64,000 bases of DNA from the IMG/VR virus record IMGVR_UViG_3300029258_002750, positions 211,102 through 275,101 of that record. One strand, 5' to 3'. The notes below the pieces were generated by a model, which was not told the DNA's origin, made no database searches, and worked only from the letters and a program-made list of their open reading frames with translations. A program made the translations under genes and the position numbers. Below are positions 57,737-64,000 of this stretch, in pieces (the stretch's first letter is position 1; each line of letters begins with the position of its first letter).

Positions 57737-58560
57737 GGGTCGGGATCATAGGAGACGTACACGGACACGCGACCGAGCTGGCTGAGATGATTGGTGAGCT
57801 GGAGGAGCGCGGTGTCGACCGCATCATCCTCCTGGGCGACCTGGTTGATCGAGGCCCCGCGTCCAAGGCGTGCCTGCGCATCGCGATGACCTGGCAGTTC
57901 CGCGCCAGGTCCGGCGCGCTGCGGTCACTGGAGGTCATCAGCGGCAACCACGAGGACGCCTACGTGCGAACCCGCCGCCGTATCCCGAAGCCGGGCCGCG
58001 ATCGGATCCCGGCGCCCGAAGACAAGAAGCTCTACCGCCAGCTCACCCGCGAGGAGCTTGACTGGATGGAGGCGCTCCCGCGCTACATCGTAGTCCACGA
58101 GCTGGACCTGTTCTGCGTCCACGGCGGCGTCACGCCGCACATGGCGACGCCCGAGATCGCCGGTGACTACATGCTCCGCACGCGCTACCTCGACGACCAC
58201 TACTACGAGCTGTCCGGCACCAGGATGAGTGACGTGTTCTGGGCCGAGATCTACGACGGGCGCTGGGGCACGATCGTGTTCGGCCACGAGAGCCACCGAG
58301 AGGTGACCCAGTACGAGCACGCGATCGGGATCGATGGCGAAGGCTTTCGTCGAGTCCATGCGGTCATCGTGAGCAACGAGAAGGACGACGAGCGGCTGGA
58401 GCCGATCACGGTCTGCTACGGCGACCAGGCGCGCGACTCGGACACGACCTTCGTTCCGCTGCGGTTCCACGATGCGCTCGCCCGGCAAATCCGGCGGGAG
58501 CGACGAGCGAAGCGCGGCCGGGCGTCACGGCAGCTTGAGCTGTGGGAGAGGTACTCGTGA
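57733..58560 (+). CDS. PPP-type metallophosphoesterase (lambda phosphatase/PrpE/ApaH-like)
   Basis: GDVHG, GDLVDRGP, GNHE, VHGG, FGH. Confidence 0.9.
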   Translation: MRVGIIGDVHGHATELAEMIGELEERGVDRIILLGDLVDRGPASKACLRIAMTWQFRARSGALRSLEVISGNHEDAYVRTRRRIPKPGRDRIPAPEDKKLYRQLTREELDWMEALPRYIVVHELDLFCVHGGVTPHMATPEIAGDYMLRTRYLDDHYYELSGTRMSDVFWAEIYDGRWGTIVFGHESHREVTQYEHAIGIDGEGFRRVHAVIVSNEKDDERLEPITVCYGDQARDSDTTFVPLRFHDALARQIRRERRAKRGRASRQLELWERYS

Positions 58561-58757
58561 GGCAGTGGACGCTCGTGGGACCGATGGAGCGCGTCTTCAA
58601 GCATCTGCCCGAGAAACAACGCCTCCTGGTGTTGTGGGGAGCCGGGATCGCCGACACGGCCACAGTCCAGAAGGAGGTTCCCGCGTTCGCAGAGGCGTTT
58701 AGGAGGGTCTTCAGGGAGCTGGAGGAAGAGAGCAGGAGCACGTGGACCAAGAGCTGA
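58557..58757 (+). CDS. Hypothetical protein
   Basis: GTGA overlap with the upstream gene. Confidence 0.55.
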   Translation: MRQWTLVGPMERVFKHLPEKQRLLVLWGAGIADTATVQKEVPAFAEAFRRVFRELEEESRSTWTKS

Positions 58758-59104
58758 TCAGGCAAATCAAGCAAGGCGCCAAGTGGATGCCAGGCTTCAA
58801 GATCAAGCCGATCCCGCCGCGCCTCTCGGTACTCGCTCGCTTCATCGAGGAGACCTGGCCCGATCTGAGGGTGACCCTTCGGCCCTGGACCACGAACACC
58901 GACACGAAGATCGGTCGGCTCCGGTGGCCCGGCAAGGGACGGAAGGGCAAGCTGCTGGAGGTTCGCGATCCCCAACTCGGCCGTGATGGCCTATGCGATC
59001 GTGGCCTGATCCTGCGCCACGAATCGGGCGACGCCTACCGCCACAACGGCGACGTCTGCCAGTGGATCGTCAAGCGGCTGGAAGAGGACGAGAAGTGCGG
59101 CTGA
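58742..59104 (+). CDS. Hypothetical basic protein
   Basis: GTG after AGGAG. Confidence 0.65.
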   Translation: MDQELIRQIKQGAKWMPGFKIKPIPPRLSVLARFIEETWPDLRVTLRPWTTNTDTKIGRLRWPGKGRKGKLLEVRDPQLGRDGLCDRGLILRHESGDAYRHNGDVCQWIVKRLEEDEKCG

Positions 59105-59127
59105 GGTTAGTTGACCGAGGAGGTCCC

Positions 59128-59367
59128 GTGAGCGAACGTGCGCTCCGTTGGCGATGTAAGCGGTGCGGAAGCGAGGGGCCGGTCAACCCGGATCCGGGCA
59201 AGCTGCACGGCGAGCTGGCCTACGTCGGGATCGGCCCAGGCAGCAAACTAGTCCACACGAGTTTCCCGCCTCCCTACGGCTTGCCGCCGGTCTGCGGCGA
59301 GGTGGAGATCACAAGCCAACCAGACGATGCGATCACCCGACTGAGCCGGTTGGCGGAGGAGACATGA
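59128..59367 (+). CDS. Small CxxC protein ending in the DAITRLSRLA motif
   Basis: GTG after GGAGG; WRCKRC...H...C. Confidence 0.7.
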   Translation: MSERALRWRCKRCGSEGPVNPDPGKLHGELAYVGIGPGSKLVHTSFPPPYGLPPVCGEVEITSQPDDAITRLSRLAEET

Positions 59368-59774
59368 TCGAACGCGAGACAGTCAGAGATTCGACAGAGT
59401 CCTTCATCTTGCTGCGATTCGTTCGTACGAGCAAGAACGGGAAGCGCGAGATCAAGTGGGCCTCATCGACCGAGATCGGCTATCGATGGAAGGATGGGCG
59501 CCGAGTCACCAACCGATCGTGGTTCACGCTCGACGATCGTGATGTCAGTCGAGAGCGCATGAAGGGGCCGACGCGGTTCGAGGACGTGGCCTGGGCCAGG
59601 CGGTTCTCCAAGATCGTTCGCGAATTCAAGGATCTGATCGCTGGCGGCTGGGAGGCCGAGGTCGTCGAGGTCACCGACAAACGGCTGCACACCAGGGAGA
59701 TCAAGCCGCGCTGGCCAGCTGACGCGGTCGAAGCGCTGGCCGATCTCGGCCGGGATGTGGCAGACGCTGGGTAG
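59364..59774 (+). CDS. Hypothetical protein ending in the DAVEALADLG motif
   Basis: ATGA overlap, RBS GGAGGAG. Confidence 0.7.
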   Translation: MIERETVRDSTESFILLRFVRTSKNGKREIKWASSTEIGYRWKDGRRVTNRSWFTLDDRDVSRERMKGPTRFEDVAWARRFSKIVREFKDLIAGGWEAEVVEVTDKRLHTREIKPRWPADAVEALADLGRDVADAG

Positions 59775-59793
59775 AACGTCACTGGAGGACGTG

Positions 59794-60513
59794 ATGTCCA
59801 ACAGTCCGTCTCGCCCCCGCGTGCTCGTGGTCGGAGGCAAGGAGAAGAACATCCCCATCTGGGCGCGTAACGCGTTCGAGATCGAGCTGATCGACCAGCA
59901 GGCGCAGAACAGCGGCAAAGGCAAGCTCGGCTCGCAGCGGGCCGACGCGATCGTGATCTGCACGGTCGCTGTCTCCCACAACTTCTCAAGGCAGGCGCAC
60001 GAACTGGGATCGGAGTGGGGCGTTCCGGTCCTCAAGGCCCGCGACGGATGGTCGTCGGCCGTCCAGGGCGCGGCCCGATGTGGCGCCGACTGGTTCGTGG
60101 ACGCCGTTCAGATGGCGGGCGAGAGCCTGGTGGCGAAGAACGCGCCACGCGCCCAGGAGGCGCTCGAGACCGTGGACAACGCCTGGAAGGCGTTAGCCGA
60201 GGCCGAGCGAGAGAAGGCCGATGCGGCTATCAAACGCATGGCGAAGCTCCAGGCGAAGCTCGACAAGGTCGAGGACGCCTACAGCCGTCTGCGGTCCGGC
60301 GCCCAGGAGCGAGTTCTTCAGGAGATCCGCCAGCGTGCGACCGAGCTGCGACGCGAGATGCGCGCGCCGGTCATCGGCGAGGCGGCCGAGATCGTCGATG
60401 GCGTAATCGCCGAGTTCGACGCGGCTTGCGCAGCAATGCGGGGCCGTCTTGAAGAAATCGCTCAACGTCTGAAGGACGAGGTAGACTCTGGCTCGGGGGA
60501 TGACGAAGAGTAG
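59794..60513 (+). CDS. DUF2325-like domain plus coiled coil
   Basis: VLVVGG...ADAIVICTVAVSH...GVPV. Confidence 0.7.
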   Translation: MSNSPSRPRVLVVGGKEKNIPIWARNAFEIELIDQQAQNSGKGKLGSQRADAIVICTVAVSHNFSRQAHELGSEWGVPVLKARDGWSSAVQGAARCGADWFVDAVQMAGESLVAKNAPRAQEALETVDNAWKALAEAEREKADAAIKRMAKLQAKLDKVEDAYSRLRSGAQERVLQEIRQRATELRREMRAPVIGEAAEIVDGVIAEFDAACAAMRGRLEEIAQRLKDEVDSGSGDDEE

Positions 60514-60527
60514 ACCTGTCGGGGGCG

Positions 60528-62249
60528 TTGGTGTCTTACCTCAACACGGTAGGAGTTGGAGAAGCTGCGGAGTATCTGCGGCAGGTTCCCGACGAGTGCA
60601 TCGACGCTTGCTGCACGGATGCTCCGTACGGCTTGGGCAAGCACCAGCCTGACCCGATCGACGTCATGCGCGCCTGGATCGAAGGTCGCGAGTACGAGGC
60701 GTCCGGCCCCGGCTTCATGTACTCGAAGTGGGACGCGTTCGTCCCTGGCCCAGCTGTCTGGCGCGAAGTCTACCGGGTCCTCAAGCCGGGCGGCTGGCTC
60801 CTGAGCTTCTTCGGAGCGCGTACCTACGACTGGGGTGTCATGGCGATCCGGTTCGCGGGCTTCGAGGTCCACGACCAGATCGACTGGATCACAGGCAGCG
60901 GCTTCCCGAAGTCGCACAACATCTCGAAGGCGATCGACGCCCTGGTCTCGACCGGGAAGTCCGACTCGCTCGCGCTCCAGTTCGCCAACGACGAGCTGCG
61001 CGAGGGCGAAGGCCGGGTACGTACCCACACTCAGTCCGATGGGATGAGCATGAGGAACAACCGTGGCAAGGCCGCGCCTCGTGTCATCCGCGATGAGCCC
61101 GCCACGCCAGAGGGCGCTGCCTGGAAGGGCTGGGGCACGGCACTAAAACCCAGCCATGAGCCGATCGTGCTGGCCCGCAAGCCGTTCAAGGGAACCTACG
61201 CCGAGCACGTGCTCGAACACGGGACTGGCGCACTGAACGTCGACTCGGGCCGCATCGGGCCGAACCCCGGCTGGAGCTACCCGAAGGGCAAGGGCGGCTC
61301 GCCCTGCCACCAGGGTGGCTTCAAGAACATCGCGTGCGAGTCGAAGGCCGGGCGCTGGCCCTCGAACGTGATCGTGGCCCATCTGCCCGAGTGCCAGCTG
61401 ATTGGCTCGAAACGCGTCCGCACCGGAACGGCCGTGAAGCGCAACCTGCCCGAGGAGGGCGCGAAGCAGCGCATTGACCTGAAGGCGCGCACGAAGCGCG
61501 GCGTTGACCAGACATACGCCGATGCCGACGGCAAGGAGGAGGTCCCGGAGTACGAGTGCGCCCCTGGCTGCCCGGTCGCCGAGCTGGACGAACAGAGCAT
61601 CGAGGGTGGGATGCACGGCGCTGGCTCCGCGTGTGGCGGCGGGCTCGGTACCGACTCGAACAGGTCGCTCTTCCGAGGAGACGGGCGGCCGGACGAGTCG
61701 AACGGAACGCGCTATGGAGACGCGGGGGGCGCCAGCCGCTTCTTCTACACGCCGAAGGCCGCAGCCAGGGAGCGCTGGTCCTACTGCCGCGCGTGTCAGC
61801 TGGTCTTCAACCATGAGGGCGACAGCTTCGACGAGCATGACGATCACCAGGACGAAGTCGTCAGCCATCCGACCCAGAAGCCGCTCGCGCTGATGGAGTA
61901 TCTCGTCCGGCTCGTTACACAAGACGGCGGTGTCGTGCTCGACCCCTTCTGCGGAACCGGGACAACGCTCGTGGCCGCGAAGAAGCTCGGCTACCAGTTC
62001 GTGACCTGCGACCGAGACGAGGACTACGCCCAGATCGCCCGAGCGAGGCTCGCCCGCCTGGACGCGCGAGAGCCGTCAGCGCTGACCTCGGGCGCCTACT
62101 TCTGTCCCGGCTGCAAGGCGAAGGGCGAGATCAAGCTGATCTCCCGCAAGGCCGTCGAGCGGATGAGGGAGACCGGCAAGAAGACGACGTGCATGAAGTG
62201 CCTAAAGCGCTTCACAGCGGAAGAGCTACTAGGGGGTGACAACCGCTGA
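60528..62249 (+). CDS. DNA N4-cytosine/N6-adenine methyltransferase (beta class) with C-terminal Zn ribbon
   Basis: TDAPY (motif IV), RVLKPGG, GFPKS, HPTQKP, DPFCGTGTT (motif I); start approximate. Confidence 0.92.
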   Translation: MVSYLNTVGVGEAAEYLRQVPDECIDACCTDAPYGLGKHQPDPIDVMRAWIEGREYEASGPGFMYSKWDAFVPGPAVWREVYRVLKPGGWLLSFFGARTYDWGVMAIRFAGFEVHDQIDWITGSGFPKSHNISKAIDALVSTGKSDSLALQFANDELREGEGRVRTHTQSDGMSMRNNRGKAAPRVIRDEPATPEGAAWKGWGTALKPSHEPIVLARKPFKGTYAEHVLEHGTGALNVDSGRIGPNPGWSYPKGKGGSPCHQGGFKNIACESKAGRWPSNVIVAHLPECQLIGSKRVRTGTAVKRNLPEEGAKQRIDLKARTKRGVDQTYADADGKEEVPEYECAPGCPVAELDEQSIEGGMHGAGSACGGGLGTDSNRSLFRGDGRPDESNGTRYGDAGGASRFFYTPKAAARERWSYCRACQLVFNHEGDSFDEHDDHQDEVVSHPTQKPLALMEYLVRLVTQDGGVVLDPFCGTGTTLVAAKKLGYQFVTCDRDEDYAQIARARLARLDAREPSALTSGAYFCPGCKAKGEIKLISRKAVERMRETGKKTTCMKCLKRFTAEELLGGDNR

Positions 62250-62292
62250 AACCCCAGATGGTATGACGCATAGAACGGATCGGAACTAAAGC

Positions 62293-64000
62293 ATGTCCAG
62301 CCAACCCAACGAACAAGAGGAGACCGAGGTGCAGGCCCAGGTACAGGCGATTCAGGAGATCGACACGAACGCGATCATGCAGGCTCTTCCCCACCTTCGT
62401 GAGCGCCAGGGAATCTTCATCGGGATCGAGGCCAACATCGGCACTGGCAAGTGTCTCGACCCGGATACTCCGGTGCTGCTCTACGACGGTTACACCGTCA
62501 AGGCCGGTGGGATCGAGGTCGGCCAGCGCCTCATGGGACCGGACAGTCAGCCGCGCGAGGTGCTCTCGACCACTCGCGGCACCGGCCCCATGTTCGAGAT
62601 CAAGCCGAAGCGTGCGCCGTCATGGATCTGTAACGACGTGCACGTGCTGACCGTTGTGGACACGCTGACGGATGAGGTCATCGACATTCCCCTCAACGAG
62701 TTCCTGACGCGCGACAAGACGTGGCGGGAGCGGCAAAAGCTGTTCACCGTTCCGGTCGAGTTTCCGCCAGTGACCGAGCCCGAGGTCGATCCTTACTTCG
62801 TCGGGCTCTGGCTGGGGGATGGTCGCAAGGATCTCAGCCAGGGCATCCAGCTGACGTTCCCGGACGAGGAACTGATCGACTACCTGCGCGACTTCGCACC
62901 GACCGAGGGGTGTCGCCTGAGTCGCTACGAATACCCCGAGCGCTGTCCGACGTTCGGACTCGTGTGCGACGGGAAGGGCAACCCGCTGCTGGAGAAGCTG
63001 CGACACCTGATGGCGCCGGAGCAGCAGGACTACGGTTACAGCATTCCCGCGCGCTGCAAGTACGGTTCGCGCGAGGTCAGGTCTCGACTGCTGGCCGGGC
63101 TTCTCGATACCGACGGTTACCTGTGCAAGGGCTCCTTCGAGATCGTCCAGCGCGGTGAGCAGCTCGCCGACGACATCGCCTTCGTCGCGCGCTCTCTGGG
63201 GCTGCGCGTCGTGCGCTCGATCAAGACCGTGCCCGGCTACGACCGTCCCTACTACCGGATGTCCGTCTCTGGCGACATGACGTTTCTGCCCATGCGCGTC
63301 GAGCGGAAGAAGCCCCGGCCTCGCAAGCAGAAGAAGAACCCACTGCGGTTTGGCTTCACGGTCGAGCCCCTAGGCCGTGGCGACTACGCGGGCTTCACGC
63401 TCGACGGTGATGGCCGGTTCCTGCTCGGCAACTTCCAGGTGACGCACAACACCGAGTGCGCCAACATGCTCGCCCGCCTGCGGACCGGCTACGATGGTCC
63501 GACCCACGTCTTGTTCGAGCCCATCAAGGGCAGGTTCAAGGAGCTGCTCGGCCTCTACTATGGCGATCCAAAGCGCTGGGGATTCACCTTCCAGATGCAC
63601 GCGCTCCAGGCGCGCTTCCGTCAACACACGCTGGCGGCCGAGCTGGTGAACAACGGCGTCGATGTCGTGCAGGACCGCACGATCTTCGCCGATGGCTGCT
63701 TCGGCATGACCGTCCGCGAGGACGGCAACATGACCGAGGCCGAGTGGGGGATCTACGAGGACACGTTCGGGGCGATGAAGCGGTTCCTCCGCTACCCCGA
63801 CGTGATCGTCTACCTGCGCACCGACCCCCAGACCTGCTTCGACCGGATGAAGCGCCGCGCCCGCACCGAGGAGTCCGGCGTTCCGCTCGACTACCTCCGC
63901 CGCATCCACGACAAGCACGAGATGCTCGCGGACGCGATGTCTCGCTACACTCGCGTCCTACGCGTGGACTGGAACGAGTTCGGCGACGTCGAAAACCTCA
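62293..64000 (+). CDS. Deoxynucleoside kinase with intein (runs off window; not in ORF track)
   Basis: IGIEANIGTGK/T P-loop, EP, YY.DPKRW.F.FQ, QDRTIFAD, PDVIVYL, R.R.EE. Confidence 0.92.
   Translation, partial: MSSQPNEQEETEVQAQVQAIQEIDTNAIMQALPHLRERQGIFIGIEANIGTGKCLDPDTPVLLYDGYTVKAGGIEVGQRLMGPDSQPREVLSTTRGTGPMFEIKPKRAPSWICNDVHVLTVVDTLTDEVIDIPLNEFLTRDKTWRERQKLFTVPVEFPPVTEPEVDPYFVGLWLGDGRKDLSQGIQLTFPDEELIDYLRDFAPTEGCRLSRYEYPERCPTFGLVCDGKGNPLLEKLRHLMAPEQQDYGYSIPARCKYGSREVRSRLLAGLLDTDGYLCKGSFEIVQRGEQLADDIAFVARSLGLRVVRSIKTVPGYDRPYYRMSVSGDMTFLPMRVERKKPRPRKQKKNPLRFGFTVEPLGRGDYAGFTLDGDGRFLLGNFQVTHNTECANMLARLRTGYDGPTHVLFEPIKGRFKELLGLYYGDPKRWGFTFQMHALQARFRQHTLAAELVNNGVDVVQDRTIFADGCFGMTVREDGNMTEAEWGIYEDTFGAMKRFLRYPDVIVYLRTDPQTCFDRMKRRARTEESGVPLDYLRRIHDKHEMLADAMSRYTRVLRVDWNEFGDVENL
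62452..63450 (+). mobile_element. Intein (333 aa) with LAGLIDADG homing endonuclease
   Basis: Starts CLDPDTPVL, block B CNDVHVL, PYFVGLWLGDG and LLAGLLDTDG, ends FQVTHN with +1 Thr. Confidence 0.95.

Larger units (their letters stand above)
1..64000. mobile_element. Segment of a large contractile-tail bacteriophage genome or prophage
   Basis: Tail chaperone, tape measure, baseplate and fibre genes in canonical order, plus DNA methyltransferase, intein-containing dN kinase and many small accessory ORFs; no host housekeeping genes. Confidence 0.9.

Noticed and set aside
60925-60950. KAIDALVST in the methyltransferase as another copy of the shared motif
   Set aside because: SKAID is a normal part of this methyltransferase family, and the rest fits poorly
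1-64000. CRISPR arrays, tRNA and rRNA genes
   Set aside because: Intergenic gaps are short and none shows repeat-spacer periodicity or a cloverleaf by eye

Overview
High-GC window that reads as part of a large contractile-tailed (myovirus-like) phage genome or prophage. No host housekeeping genes, rRNA, tRNA, CRISPR array or reverse transcriptase were recognised. 1-53.6 kb is one + strand morphogenesis region. It holds a free-standing HTH/PD-(D/E)XK endonuclease, a tail assembly chaperone with a -1 frameshift site, the tape measure protein and an eCIS/P2-like baseplate set. About 40 kb of tail-fibre, adhesin and decoration genes follow, built from a small set of reshuffled modules, with a lipoprotein cluster and a papain-like amidase/LpxH-like phosphoesterase pair embedded. 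53.7-56.5 kb holds four - strand accessory genes. 56.7-64 kb holds + strand accessory genes: ADP-ribosylglycohydrolase, PPP-type phosphoesterase, DUF2325-like protein, N4/N6 DNA methyltransferase, and a deoxynucleoside kinase with a LAGLIDADG intein in its P-loop (missing from the ORF track). The most unusual observations are five: (1) a shared 10-residue helical motif in seven otherwise mostly unrelated non-structural proteins; (2) paralogous appendage genes in mirror order A-B-C-D-D'-C'-B'-A' on one strand; (3) a repeated unit that straddles gene boundaries, suggesting head-to-tail docking; (4) two tiny ORFs resembling stand-alone half-Hint domains; (5) a divergent intergenic region with the same promoter/leader cassette on both strands. 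All family calls come from motif recognition by eye, not database searches.
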